This document shows positions 19,406-29,368 of a stretch of DNA of 64,000 nt, piece by piece. The stretch covers positions 6,462,066-6,526,065 of the forward strand of contig OZ253572.1 of NCBI GenBank assembly GCA_965262935.1. Reading direction: 5' to 3'. The position numbers were made by a program, and so were the translations under genes. Source of the DNA: Spirochaetia bacterium (lineage in GTDB: Bacteria > Spirochaetota > Spirochaetia > SZUA-6 > Bin103). Each line of letters opens with the position of its first letter. Within the stretch, counting starts at the first letter, position 1. The notes beneath the pieces are model-generated. The model saw only the letters and a list, made by a program, of their open reading frames with translations. It was not told where the DNA came from and made no database searches.

Positions 19406-21140
19406 CCGCCAGGCGGCGGTGCAGCTCCCGCCAGCGCCCGGTGGCGCCGGTTACCGCGGCGATGGCGTCGGCGTGTTCGGGATGGCGCGCCCGCAGGCGG
19501 CCGTTCCACACGGCGAGGAAGTTCGCCACCCGGTTCGCGTCCTGCTGCAGCAGGTAGGACTGAAACTCGTTGACCACCAGATCGGGATAGTCGACATCGT
19601 AGTTGACCGCCGCCAGCAGCAGGATCCAGAACCGCTGCTCGTCCTCGGTCAACTGCTGCCACGCCGCCCACACCGCCTCCCGGAACGGGGCGTGGGTGAA
19701 GTACAGGCCGTGCAGCGCCTCGTGGCGCAGCAGCAGGTCGCGCAACTGGGCGTACGAAGCCTGCGAGATCGACAGGATCGCTCCCCTGCCAGCGCGCCAG
19801 CCGCCGCCGGGATCGGGCTGCAGGATGCCGTGCGTCACGGCCACGGAGCGCAGCAGCAGTTCCTCGTCGTTGAGGGCGAGGCCCTGTTCCTGCGCCAGGC
19901 TGAAGAAGCGCGCCAGATCGGGGGCGGCGTAGTCGTGGGCGTTGTACCCGCGGCGGCCGGCCAGCTCGTCGTCGCCGAGCAGTTGGCCGCGGAAGCCGCG
20001 CTTCTCGACGAAGAACGCCAGGCGGCGGAACAGGCGCGCCTGGGTGGCGTAGTCGGCGGTATCGAAGATCAGCACCGGCGCCTCTGCGCCGCCCGGCACG
20101 CCGCTCCATTCGTAGAGCTCGAAGTCGTCGCGCCGCCAATGGGTGCGGTCGAGGCGCAGGATGGTGCCCAGGTCGGCCGGCACCGCGGCCGGCGGCTCGC
20201 CCGCGCCGCCCGGCGGCAGCGCGCGCACGGCAGCCGAGAACAGGCCGGTGGCGGACGCGCCGGCGGCGGCAGCGGCGCCGGCGGCGGCGTGCTCCAGGAG
20301 CACGCGCCGCGGCTGAAAGCCGATCTCGCCGCCGTGCAGGTACACGAGTTGCCGGCCCGCCTGGCGGATGACCACAAAGCTGCGCCGCATGCCGTCGCCT
20401 TCGAGGTGGATGCGCAGCTCGCCGCCCGGTGCGCCGGGATTGTGCAGGCCAAGCGCCAGCAGCCACGGCCAAGCGGAGCGCCGGGCGCCGTCCTGCGCCG
20501 CCGGGGCCGCCGAGGCCGCCGAGGCCGCCGACGCAGGGAACAGCCACGCGGCCAGTTCCAGGTCCACCGGGCGCAGCGCGGTGCCGTCGAAGCGCGCTTC
20601 GCCGCGGGGGGTGAATCCGCTACCGGCGATCAGTTCCGCGTCGCGCACCAGCAGCGCGCCGGCCGGCGCCGCCACCGCCGCGCCCGCCAACTCCAGGTTG
20701 CCCTCGGCGGCCGCGGGCGGCGCATGCAGTTGCATGCCCCACAGCTCGAACGAAGTATCCAGCACGATTTGATGGTGGATGGTGCCGCTGCCGCCGAGCG
20801 CGACCGTGCGGCTGAGCGCCACCGTGTCGGCGGCGCTGAACAGATCCACGGTGAACTCGGCGAGGTCGCTGCGTACCGCCACGGTGACCGCCTCCCCGGC
20901 GTACACCGGCACCGGCCTCGCCAGCACCAGCCGCGCCGTGCTGCGGACCGCATGAGGCGGTGACAGCGCGGTGGCGGCGATCCGGCCCGCGCGCGCCGCG
21001 CCCGCCTGCTCGCGCGGCCGCCGCTCGGCGCGCACCCGAACCCGCTCGCCGGCGGCGTCGGTGAACGGCAACTCGACGGCGCGCTGCGCACAGGTGGTGG
21101 TAGCGAGCAGTACCAGCGCCGCACCGGCCAGGAGGCGCAA
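19338..21140 (-). CDS. hypothetical secreted protein (~600 aa)
   Basis: Only in-frame start ahead of the signal peptide is TTG (M)RLLAGAALVLLATTTCAQRA. The C-terminal half is well conserved in appearance (…YEWSGVPGG…LIFDTADYATQARLFRRLAFFVEKRGF…). The 3' end lies in an 80-bp tandem duplication. Confidence 0.45.
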   Translation of the reverse strand: MRLLAGAALVLLATTTCAQRAVELPFTDAAGERVRVRAERRPREQAGAARAGRIAATALSPPHAVRSTARLVLARPVPVYAGEAVTVAVRSDLAEFTVDLFSAADTVALSRTVALGGSGTIHHQIVLDTSFELWGMQLHAPPAAAEGNLELAGAAVAAPAGALLVRDAELIAGSGFTPRGEARFDGTALRPVDLELAAWLFPASAASAASAAPAAQDGARRSAWPWLLALGLHNPGAPGGELRIHLEGDGMRRSFVVIRQAGRQLVYLHGGEIGFQPRRVLLEHAAAGAAAAAGASATGLFSAAVRALPPGGAGEPPAAVPADLGTILRLDRTHWRRDDFELYEWSGVPGGAEAPVLIFDTADYATQARLFRRLAFFVEKRGFRGQLLGDDELAGRRGYNAHDYAAPDLARFFSLAQEQGLALNDEELLLRSVAVTHGILQPDPGGGWRAGRGAILSISQASYAQLRDLLLRHEALHGLYFTHAPFREAVWAAWQQLTEDEQRFWILLLAAVNYDVDYPDLVVNEFQSYLLQQDANRVANFLAVWNGRLRARHPEHADAIAAVTGATGRWRELHRRLAAALAEAAGIHSDALILLRAADG

Positions 21141-21475
21141 CGCCGGCAGACGGGCGGACGCTCGCGGAGGCCGCGGCGCCGGCGGGGGCGCGGGTGCAAC
21201 TCGAGGCGGCAGCGCCGCCACGTGAGCGGACCGCGGCCGGTGCGCGCGCGCCGGGGGTGCGTACGGCGCCGGATACGGGGCTGCCGGCACGTGCAAGGAC
21301 GCCGCCGGATGCGCACGCGCCCCAGGGTACGCGCAAGCGGCCTCGTGCGCGGAAGCCTGGCGCCCAGACGCTGGCGGGACGGAGGCCGTGGATCGGCGGG
21401 CGGGCGCGGGCGCGCCGCGTCCTGGTCGCCCGCGCATGGAACGAGGGCGGAGGGCCGGGGGCCGGCGCGCGGCGC

Positions 21476-22105
21476 TCAGCGCAGGCCTCCGATGCGCGCC
21501 GTGACGGCGGCGTACAGCAGGGCGGCCACCTGCGCGGCCCGGTACGGGTACCCGGCCGCGGCCAGCGTGGTGCAGAACGCGGCGTGGCCGCGGCCGCGGC
21601 GATAGTCCGGCACCTGGCGCGGGAACGCCAGGAAGCGTTCGAACTCGGCCGGATCGTTGTTCACCAGCAAGCTGGCCTGATAGAACAGGATGCGGCGCCG
21701 GCGAAACACGCTGGTGCCGGCGATCTTGCGGTCGGCGATCGCCAGGTCGGAGATGCCGCGCTGTTCGATGCCGCGCACGCCGGCGCCGCGCAGCGCGTCG
21801 ATCAGCCAGTCGTTGACGGCATGGGCGTACTCGCGGTTGCGGTACGGGTGATCGACCTCGGTGACCAGCGCCACCACCACTTGGCCGGGACCGAGCAGCA
21901 CCGTGCCGCCGCCGCCGCGCCGGCGCCGGCTGTCGATGCCGGCGGCCGCCGCCGCGTCGCGATGCACGTCCGCGGCCGGGTCGCCGGCGGCGCCGAGCAC
22001 CACCACGCGCCGCTCGGGCTCGTACACCCGGAACTGAGGCTGCCGGGTCGCCTCGAAGGCGGTCAGCAGATCGTCGTTCTCGAATTGCGCCGTCACCGCC
22101 CGCAC
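21476..22105 (-). CDS. biotin/lipoate A/B protein ligase family protein (LplA/LipB/LipM-like catalytic domain)
   Basis: RRRRGGGGTVLLGPGQVVVALV and KIAGTSVFRRRRILFYQASLLV correspond to the GGGAV(Y/L)HD.GN and K(I/V)SG.AQ motifs of the lipoyl/octanoyl transferases. Confidence 0.5.
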   Translation of the reverse strand: MRAVTAQFENDDLLTAFEATRQPQFRVYEPERRVVVLGAAGDPAADVHRDAAAAAGIDSRRRRGGGGTVLLGPGQVVVALVTEVDHPYRNREYAHAVNDWLIDALRGAGVRGIEQRGISDLAIADRKIAGTSVFRRRRILFYQASLLVNNDPAEFERFLAFPRQVPDYRRGRGHAAFCTTLAAAGYPYRAAQVAALLYAAVTARIGGLR

Positions 22106-22118
22106 CGCTACAAGCGCG

Positions 22119-23342
22119 TCAGGCGCCGAAGCGCGCCACCTTGCCGGCGTGGCCGAGGGCGATCGCCATCAGCGCCCGACCCGGCACCACGCCCCAGGCG
22201 CCGGCCGTGCACGCGCGCTCGCCGAACTCGCGCACCGCGTCCGGCCGCGCGCCGGCGGCGTGGATCAGGAACGGCACCGGGTGCGCGGTATGGGAGCGCG
22301 CCACGCTCGGCGTTGAGTGATCGCCGGTCACGATCACCACCTCCGGCGCGCCGGCGAGCAGTGCCGGCAGGGCGCGGTCCACCTTCTCCACTTCCGCCAC
22401 CTTGGCGTCGAAGTCGCCGTCCTCGCCGGCGGAGTCGGTATACTTGTGATGGACGAAGAAGTAGTCGTGATCGGACCAGGCCGCGGCCAGCGCCCGGCTC
22501 TGCGCATCCAGGTCGGCGAGGCCGTCGATCGCCTCCATGCCGACCAGCCGGCTGACCCCCTTGTAGTCGGGGTACACGGCAAGCGCCACCGGGCGCAGGC
22601 CGAAGCGCTCGGCAAGGCCCGGTATCGCCGGCAGTTGCGCGAAACCGCGCAGCAGCACCTCGTTGGCCGGCGCCGCACCGTTCAGCAGCTCACGCGCCCG
22701 GTCCACGAACGCTGCCACGACCTGCGCGGTGTGCTCCGCCTCCGGCGCGGTGGCGCGCGGCGGCAGCGCTGCCACGCCGGTCCGCTGCGGATCGGTGTCG
22801 GACACCCGGTCGCTGAGACCGGCGCCGCGCAGCACCACCACGGCCCGGTAGTCGCGCACCGGGCGCACCGCCACCTCCACGCCGGGCAGCTCGATGCTAT
22901 CCAGCCGCGCCGCCAGCCGCGTGCACAGCTCGGTGGGGATGCGCCCGGCGCGGCGGTCGGTCACCGCGCCGGCGGCGGCGCGGGTGGCGAAGTTGAGGCG
23001 CGCCGCCACGTCGCCGCCGTCGATCGGATAGCCGATGCCGAGCGCCGCCACGATGCCGCGCCCGATCGGGTAGCGCAGCGGATCGTAGCCGAACAGCGCC
23101 AGGTGCCCGGGCGCCGAGCCGGGAGCGATGCCGTAGTCGACCGGCACGTGCAGGCCGCATTCGGCGCCGGCGGCGAGGGCGTCGAGGTTGGGGGTACGGG
23201 CCGCTTCCAGCTCGGTCGGGCCACCGGGCGCGCGCGGCAGCCCGCCGAGCCCGTCCATCACCAGCAGCAGGATGCGCCGGTCGTTGGCGGTCTTGAGTTG
23301 CGCGAGCGGGTCGCCCGCGGGGCGGTCATTCTGTATTGCCAT
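22119..23342 (-). CDS. apgM: cofactor-independent phosphoglycerate mutase, archaeal type
   Basis: LLLVMDGLGG and VIVTGDHSTP motifs; ~400 aa, typical of ApgM. Confidence 0.75.
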   Translation of the reverse strand: MAIQNDRPAGDPLAQLKTANDRRILLLVMDGLGGLPRAPGGPTELEAARTPNLDALAAGAECGLHVPVDYGIAPGSAPGHLALFGYDPLRYPIGRGIVAALGIGYPIDGGDVAARLNFATRAAAGAVTDRRAGRIPTELCTRLAARLDSIELPGVEVAVRPVRDYRAVVVLRGAGLSDRVSDTDPQRTGVAALPPRATAPEAEHTAQVVAAFVDRARELLNGAAPANEVLLRGFAQLPAIPGLAERFGLRPVALAVYPDYKGVSRLVGMEAIDGLADLDAQSRALAAAWSDHDYFFVHHKYTDSAGEDGDFDAKVAEVEKVDRALPALLAGAPEVVIVTGDHSTPSVARSHTAHPVPFLIHAAGARPDAVREFGERACTAGAWGVVPGRALMAIALGHAGKVARFGA

Positions 23343-23378
23343 CTGAAGTGGTGAGATTGTGCGTCCTGCTCACCAGCT

Positions 23379-24053
23379 TTAGCAAGAGGCAGCTTGCCGG
23401 AAGTAGGGGCACAGGTGGGCGACCACGCAGCGCTCGCAGGCCGGGCGGCGCGCGTTGCAGCAGCGGCGGCCGTGGTAGTTCACCACCGCGGACAGCTCGC
23501 TCTGGTGGCGCTCCGGGATCAGCGCGCGGATCTGTGCCTCCACCCGGTCGGGGTCGGTGGCGTCGGTGAGGCCGAGGCGGGTGGCGACGCGGCGGAAGTG
23601 GGTGTCCACTACCACCGCCGGCTTGCCGAACCAGTGCGCGAACATCACGTTGGCGGTCTTGCGGCCCACCCCGGGCAGCGCGGCGAGTTCCTCGATGGTG
23701 GCCGGCATCTCGCCGCCGTGGCGGTCCAGCAGGGCATGCGCGCAGGCGATCAGGTTGCGCGCCTTGTTGCGGAAGAAGCCGGTGCTATAGATCTCCCGCT
23801 GCAGCTCCTCCTGCTCGGCCGCGGCCAGCGCGGCGGGGTCCGGATAGCGCCGGAACAGGCCCGGCGTGACGGCGTTGACCCGTTCGTCGGTGCACTGCGC
23901 CGACAGGATGGTCGCCACCAGCAGCTCGAAGGCGTTGCGGTGGCGCAGCGGGCACGGCGTGTCGGGGTATGCGCGGCGCAACGCGGTACGGATCTCCCCC
24001 GCCCGAGCGCGCTGTTGCGCGCGCGTGGCCACTGTCACCGCACCCTCATGCAC
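23379..24053 (-). CDS. nth: endonuclease III
   Basis: LVATILSAQCTDERVN, helix-hairpin-helix LPGVGRKTANVM, and a C-terminal 4Fe-4S cluster C-x6-C-x2-C-x5-C. Confidence 0.9.
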   Translation of the reverse strand: MHEGAVTVATRAQQRARAGEIRTALRRAYPDTPCPLRHRNAFELLVATILSAQCTDERVNAVTPGLFRRYPDPAALAAAEQEELQREIYSTGFFRNKARNLIACAHALLDRHGGEMPATIEELAALPGVGRKTANVMFAHWFGKPAVVVDTHFRRVATRLGLTDATDPDRVEAQIRALIPERHQSELSAVVNYHGRRCCNARRPACERCVVAHLCPYFRQAASC

Positions 24054-24087
24054 GGTTCCGCGGCCTGCCCGGTGCTTGAGCGCGAGC

Positions 24088-24477
24088 TCACGGAGGCAAC
24101 GCGCAGATTTGCCCCTTGGTTACCTCGTTGTAACGACCGACCAGGAGGTCACGGATTTCGCACTCGGGCTCGCCGACAGCCTTGTAGATCCAGGCGAACA
24201 TCGTCCGCAACGAGGAACACGCGTCTTGTCGGGACAGCACATGAGGAATTGCGAGTCTCCCGATGATCATGTTGACTAGAAAGTGCACGGATGCCCGACG
24301 CGACTGACTCAAGCTAAGGATCGTATCCAGAGCGCGCCGATAACGGTCAAAGATCTCTTGGATGTAATCCGACCTATCAGCCTCGCAATCGTCGACCAAG
24401 AGGACAAACTTGTCATCGGAAGAGAGGTAGTGACGGGCCGGCAAACCAATTTCTGTCTCGTCCTTGTCGGGAATCAT
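24088..24477 (-). pseudogene. DUF4276/RloB-like protein, paralog of 39145..39699; likely remnant
   Basis: KFVLLVDDCEADRSDYIQEIF aligns with VQLVVLCEDQQQRTFILQFL. RRASVHFLVN aligns with RRHVSQALIV. PECEIRDLLVGRYNE aligns with PTWRIETWLAYLNGE. Low-GC context. Confidence 0.4.
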
Positions 24478-24545
24478 CTTGCCTCTACCGACCATCTGCA
24501 GCTGGCGTTTTTCCGATCTTGGCGATCGTTGCCCGATTCTTCTGA

Positions 24546-24743
24546 TCACTCTGAAGGTGCACACTCCGGTTGCTTGCGTATCGCGCAATCCCGAAAGAAG
24601 TAGAGTGAGTCGAGCAGCGTGGACTTGCCAGCGCCGTTGGGTCCGAATACAACATTGATCGGACCCACGTCGAGCTCCACATCGGCGAGAACTCGGTAGT
24701 TCTGTACGCAAATTCTTGTCAGCCCGCCCAAAATCACCTCCAT
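24546..24743 (-). pseudogene. N-terminal 66-aa stub of an AAA_21/AAA_15-type ABC ATPase (Walker A only)
   Basis: MEVILGGLTRICVQNYRVLADVELDVGPINVVFGPNGAGKSTLLDSLYF then a stop. Same architecture as the N-terminus of 38003..39157. The rest of the ATPase is absent. Confidence 0.5.
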
Positions 24744-24942
24744 CGTCGTCGATCCGCGATGACAGCTCGCGTTACACGTAGTACCGGAGTCGCAGGAAGT
24801 ATACCAGTGCATGGAGAGCCCGAGAAGCTGCCACGGACGGTCTGGACCGCCTTTGCTCTGTGTAGCAGCGCGGTGTGCGGCTGGCGGCCGGAGGCCAATG
24901 ACGGCATAGTAGACAGAACGGCCCTGCAACTTTACCGGAACC

Positions 24943-25863
24943 GTGCGCAAGAGATTACCAACTGAACCAGCGGGCGGCGGCGGGCGGCGGGTGGTGGCCC
25001 TGACCGGGGCCAGCCGCGGCATCGGCCTGGCGACCGCGGGAGCGCTGTGCGCCGCCGGCTACGCGGTGGTGGCGGGGGCGCGCGATCCCGGCGCCATCGC
25101 GGCGGCGGGACTCGGCGCGCACGTGCGCGCGGTGCGCCTCGACCTGACCGACGGGCACTCGATCGAGCGGTTCGCGGCCGCAGTTGGCGCCGCGGGAGGC
25201 GGCGCGGCTGGTGGCGCGGCGCCCGGCGGCGGCCTGGCGGCGCTGATCAACAACGCCGGCGTCGGGGCGCTCGGCGCGGCCGAGGAGTTCCCGCTGGAGC
25301 GCGCCCGCGAGCTGTTCGAAATCAACCTGTGGGGGGCTGCGCGGCTGGCCCAACTGCTGCTGCCGCGGCTGCGCGCGGGCGCGGCGCCGGAGCGGCCCAC
25401 CTGTCTGGTGAACGTCGGCTCCCTGATCGCCGACTATCCGGTGCCGTTCCACGCCCTGTACGCCGCCTCCAAGGGCGCCCTGCGCGCCTACACGCTGGCG
25501 TTGCGCGGCGAGCTGGCCGGCCACGGGGTCGCGGTGGTGCTGCTGGAGCCGGGCGACATCGCCACCGGCACCACGCCGCTGCAGCACGCCGCGCCCGGCT
25601 CCCCGTACGGCGCCGCGTTCGATCGCGCAGCCGCGGCGCGCGCCGCCCGGATGGCCGCCGCGCCGGGGCCGGACGCGGTGGCGCGGTGCGTGCTGCGGGT
25701 GCTCGGCCAACGGCGGCCGCCGCCGATTGTCGCCTGCGGCGGCGCCGCGCCGCTTCTGCGCTTCGTGCGGCGCCTGCTGCCTGACCGCCTCGCGGCGGCG
25801 CTGACGCTGCGCGCCTACGGTCTCGCGCGCCCCGCAAGCGCGCCACCGGATGGTCCACTTTGA
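24943..25863 (+). CDS. short-chain dehydrogenase/reductase
   Basis: TGASRGIG, NNAG, YAASK motifs. True start may be the internal GTG near 24991 (VVALTGASRGIG). Confidence 0.8.
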   Translation: MRKRLPTEPAGGGGRRVVALTGASRGIGLATAGALCAAGYAVVAGARDPGAIAAAGLGAHVRAVRLDLTDGHSIERFAAAVGAAGGGAAGGAAPGGGLAALINNAGVGALGAAEEFPLERARELFEINLWGAARLAQLLLPRLRAGAAPERPTCLVNVGSLIADYPVPFHALYAASKGALRAYTLALRGELAGHGVAVVLLEPGDIATGTTPLQHAAPGSPYGAAFDRAAAARAARMAAAPGPDAVARCVLRVLGQRRPPPIVACGGAAPLLRFVRRLLPDRLAAALTLRAYGLARPASAPPDGPL

Positions 25864-25902
25864 CCCCCGGCCGTCGGGATGCGGTGGTCATGAAGGCGGC
25901 GG

Positions 25903-27117
25903 TTACAGGTAGCGCTGTTCGAGTGCGGTGACCTCGCGCGGGTGCAATTCTGCCTTTACCGGTTCGCGGCCAAAGCACACCCCGAGCGCCTCGTAGAACG
26001 CCACCGTCGCCAGTGCCACGTGGCACTGTTCGATAGCGGCGGCGGTGGCCAGGTAGCGCACCTCGCCGGCGTCGCCGCCGGCGACCGTGACCCCGGAGAT
26101 GCCGGCCGCCAGCAGGGCCACCGCGCCGGCGCCGATCTGCTTGCCGAAGTTTACGTCGTAGGCGGTGGAAGGACCGGAGCGCACCAAGTGGCTGGGCGTC
26201 AGCTCGCGCACCTCGGGCGCCTCGTAGATGCCGGCCACGAACTGGCCGGTGTCGCGCATGTATGCCTCGGTGTCGGGATCGGCGGCGATGCGCCGCTCCA
26301 GCGCCTGGCGCACGTACTTGCCGGCGCCGGCCAGTTTGCCGTGGCCGAACGCGTCCACGCTGGCGCTGGCGTCGGTCAACACCTCGCCGCTGGCGTCGCG
26401 CAACCCCTCGGCGACCACAATGGTATAGGTGCCGGCGTGCACGTCGCTGCGCCGCACGCGTCCGTACAGGCGCTCCTTGGCGTGGGCGTAGACGATATCC
26501 ATGTCGGCCGGCACCTCCGGCAACAGGATGCAGTCGGCGTCCGCCGCCAGCCCGCCGCGCAGGGCGGTGTGGCCGGCGTAGCGCCCGAACACCTCGGTGA
26601 TCATGATGCGGTTGTGGGTAGTGCCGGTGGTCTTGGCGTCCTGCACCATCTGCGCGATGCGGTTCACCGCCGAGTCGCCGCCCACCGAGTAGGTCTGCAG
26701 GTCCAGGTCCATCGTCTTGGGCGCGTGCACGCAGCGGATGCCGTGCTCGACCAGGTCCACCACCACGCTGCCGGTGTCGTCGCCGCCGGAAATGACCAGT
26801 GCGTCGATGGCGTGGCGCGCCAGTCCGCGCACGATGCGGTCGTATTTGTCCGGATCCGCTATGCGCGAGATCTTGACCCGCGAGTGGCCCGCCTCGGAGC
26901 CGGCGCGGGTCGCGTCGATGCGGTCCACCCGCTCCGGATCCAGCCGCACCAAGTGATCGAGGTCAACGAGGTTGTAGAGCCCGGCATAGCCGTTCGGAAT
27001 CACGTAGGCGCCGATTCCCAGATGCCGGCACATGCCGGCCGCGCCGCGAATGACGCCGTTGAGCCCCCCGGCATCGCCGCCGCTGGTGATGATGCCGATG
27101 TTGCGAAGCGCTGTCAT
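25903..27117 (-). CDS. 6-phosphofructokinase family protein (possibly PPi-dependent type)
   Basis: GIITSGGDAGGLNG, a variant of the GGD(A/G)PG(M/L)N box. MDLDLQTYSVGGDSA. Start taken at MTALRNIGII. Confidence 0.8.
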   Translation of the reverse strand: MTALRNIGIITSGGDAGGLNGVIRGAAGMCRHLGIGAYVIPNGYAGLYNLVDLDHLVRLDPERVDRIDATRAGSEAGHSRVKISRIADPDKYDRIVRGLARHAIDALVISGGDDTGSVVVDLVEHGIRCVHAPKTMDLDLQTYSVGGDSAVNRIAQMVQDAKTTGTTHNRIMITEVFGRYAGHTALRGGLAADADCILLPEVPADMDIVYAHAKERLYGRVRRSDVHAGTYTIVVAEGLRDASGEVLTDASASVDAFGHGKLAGAGKYVRQALERRIAADPDTEAYMRDTGQFVAGIYEAPEVRELTPSHLVRSGPSTAYDVNFGKQIGAGAVALLAAGISGVTVAGGDAGEVRYLATAAAIEQCHVALATVAFYEALGVCFGREPVKAELHPREVTALEQRYL

Positions 27118-27201
27118 GGCGTGAACTTGCCGGTGCGCGGGCGCCTCAGTCAAACCGAAGTTGAGCCGGAAGCTGCGGCGGTCGGGGGCGGTTGCGGAGC
27201 G

Positions 27202-27885
27202 CTACAGCACCGCCAAGGCGACCAGGCCGGCGCCCACCGGGATCAGGAGATTGTCGTAGTCACGGGTCGGCGCCGCCTCCAGCAGCGCCGTGGCGGCCGC
27301 GATGGCGAGGGAGGCGTTCAGGTCGCCGGTGACCCGCAGCGTGACCGCCAGCACCACCAGAAAACATGCCAGCGAGCCGGCTACGCTCTTGCCGCCGGTG
27401 AACGGAATCTTGACGCGGCCTAGTGCAGTACCCACCACCGCGGCGGCGCCGTCTCCGAACGCCAGCGCGTAGATGGCGACCGATGCCGCCGGCTCCGGGT
27501 ACAGCAGCAAGGCCAGCATCGCCCCCAGCCCCAGCGTCACCGGGCCGAGTGCGAACCCCCGGCGGTCGCGCTCGCGCAACGCCAGCACGGTGATATCGGA
27601 GATCAGCGCCACCCGGCCCCCGCACAGGCGGGCCTGCTCGGCGGCCACATAGATCGCGATTCCGACGGCCAGCAGCCCGGCCGCCGCGAGCACATCCACG
27701 GCGGCGATAGCGGGCACCGCCGCAATCGTCAGGTGAATCGACTTGCGAAATATCTCGATCTGCGCCGCGCCGCGCCGCGCAGAGCCGTGGACTAGGCTCG
27801 AAGGTGTCGGCCAGCGCACCCTGCCGGTCAGTCGACCAGCACCCTTTACCGTGTTGCGGACGGCTCGCGCCGGTTCGGCATACAT
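27202..27885 (-). CDS. CTP-transferase superfamily integral membrane protein (phosphatidate cytidylyltransferase / polyprenol kinase-like)
   Basis: Multi-pass membrane protein with C-terminal GDGAAAVVG...GGKSVAGSLA, resembling CdsA/dolichol-kinase motifs. Confidence 0.45.
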   Translation of the reverse strand: MYAEPARAVRNTVKGAGRLTGRVRWPTPSSLVHGSARRGAAQIEIFRKSIHLTIAAVPAIAAVDVLAAAGLLAVGIAIYVAAEQARLCGGRVALISDITVLALRERDRRGFALGPVTLGLGAMLALLLYPEPAASVAIYALAFGDGAAAVVGTALGRVKIPFTGGKSVAGSLACFLVVLAVTLRVTGDLNASLAIAAATALLEAAPTRDYDNLLIPVGAGLVALAVL

Positions 27886-28099
27886 GGTTACCTTCTAATG
27901 AATAAGGTGCGCGATAGGGGGCCTGCGAGTCAACGGCTCGACAACGCTGCCGGCGCCCGTTCAAGCACGCCGGCGAGGCCGCTCCAGCGCCAGCCCCGGG
28001 ACGAGGCCAAGTCGCCATTGACAGCGCCACGGAAGCCCCGGTAGTTTGACGGGACAGGGGCGGCGCCCGACGGTATGGTCCGCGCCGCCGACCTGCGAC

Positions 28100-28172
28100 G
28101 GGCGATTAACTCAGCGGTAGAGTGCTACCTTCACACGGTAGAAGTCACTGGTTCGATCCCAGTATCGCCCAA
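28100..28172 (+). tRNA. tRNA-Val (anticodon CAC)
   Basis: Cloverleaf read by eye. Acceptor stem GGGCGAT/ATCGCCC. D-arm TAACTCAGCGGTAGAGTG. Anticodon arm CTACC-TTCACAC-GGTAG. T-arm GGTTCGATCCC. CCA is not encoded. Confidence 0.85.
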
Positions 28173-28188
28173 CCTCCGGTCTGCTGGT

Positions 28189-29229
28189 TCAGCGCAGCTT
28201 TTTGCGCATGCGGCGCAGCATGGCCTTGCGCGCGCTGCTGTGTTCGCTGCTGATACCGCGGCCGCCGTGGCCGGGGGGATGGTGGCTGGCAAGGATCATC
28301 ATCATCGCCGCTCCGCACACGACCATCGCCGCGCTCAGCAGTTGGCCGGTGGTGAAGTTCCACGGGCTGAACAGGGCGGGATTGTCGAGCGGTATGAAGG
28401 TGAGCGGAAACGCCAGGCCCTCATCCGGTTCGCGCAGGTACTCGACGGCGAACCGCACCACCCCGTAGCCGATGACGTAAATGGCCATCAGGAAGCCGGG
28501 AAACGGGCTGCGTTTGCGGAACACGAACCACAGGAGCACCCACAGGAAGACGCCCTCGAAGAACGCCTCGAACAGTTGCGACGGGAAGCGCGGCAGATTG
28601 ATCATCGCCGCACCGTCGGCGACCGGCATGCCGGCATCCTCGGCCAGTTGCCGCACCCATGGCTCGCTCGCCGGGTAGGCTGGCGCGTGCGGAAACACGA
28701 CGCCGATCGGATGGCTGGTGATGCGCCCGTACAACTCGCCGTTGATGAAGTTGCCGAGCCGCCCGAAGGTGTACCCGAGCGGCGCGCCGGCGGCGATCAG
28801 GTCGGCTACCTCCAACGCCGGCAACCGCTTGATCCGGCAGTACAGCACCACCGCGACCACCGCGCCCGTCAGACCGCCGTGATAGGACATGCCCTGCAGG
28901 CCGACGAACTTCAGCGCTCCGTCCACGCGCTCGAACGGGAACACGATCTGCAACGGATTGCGGACGTAGTAGCCGGTCGGATCGTAGATCAGCACCGAGA
29001 ACAGGCGCCCGCCAAGCAGCACGCCGACGATGCCCCAGAAGAACAGGCTGAGGACCGTGTCGCGGTCGATCTGCAGGTCGCGATTGCGCGTGACGAGATG
29101 CAGCACCAGGTAATACGTGACGGCGAACGCCACGATGTACATGACGCCGTACCAGCGAATGGGCAGGCCCGGAATGATCTCCGGGCGCAGCCAGGATGGG
29201 AACTCTACGTAACCAAGCACCACATCCAC
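28189..29229 (-). CDS. lgt: prolipoprotein diacylglyceryl transferase
   Basis: GLQGMSYHGG signature (G..S.HGG), multiple TM helices, GTG start. Has a basic C-terminal tail extension. Confidence 0.85.
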   Translation of the reverse strand: MDVVLGYVEFPSWLRPEIIPGLPIRWYGVMYIVAFAVTYYLVLHLVTRNRDLQIDRDTVLSLFFWGIVGVLLGGRLFSVLIYDPTGYYVRNPLQIVFPFERVDGALKFVGLQGMSYHGGLTGAVVAVVLYCRIKRLPALEVADLIAAGAPLGYTFGRLGNFINGELYGRITSHPIGVVFPHAPAYPASEPWVRQLAEDAGMPVADGAAMINLPRFPSQLFEAFFEGVFLWVLLWFVFRKRSPFPGFLMAIYVIGYGVVRFAVEYLREPDEGLAFPLTFIPLDNPALFSPWNFTTGQLLSAAMVVCGAAMMMILASHHPPGHGGRGISSEHSSARKAMLRRMRKKLR

Positions 29230-29368
29230 TGTACCGCAAACAGGCGTTATACTTCTCGTTAGTGTCGTGCCCCCATTTCGCTCGCCGACGGCGCCGCCGG
29301 GAGGCGCTAGGCGGCGGTCGGGGCGCCGGCCAAGGAGGACCGAGCGGGCGTTGCGCCCGCACGCTGCT

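Noticed and set aside
19377-20963. 528-aa plus-strand ORF and overlapping 19258..20547 minus ORF
   Set aside because: Alternative frames of the 19338..21140 gene. They give low-complexity Arg/Ala/Gly products, and the minus-frame ORF only shares the duplicated 3' end.
28075-29262. 395-aa plus-strand ORF starting MVRAADLRRAINSAVECYL
   Set aside because: Its first 100 nt are the tRNA-Val gene read as protein. The remainder is antisense to lgt.
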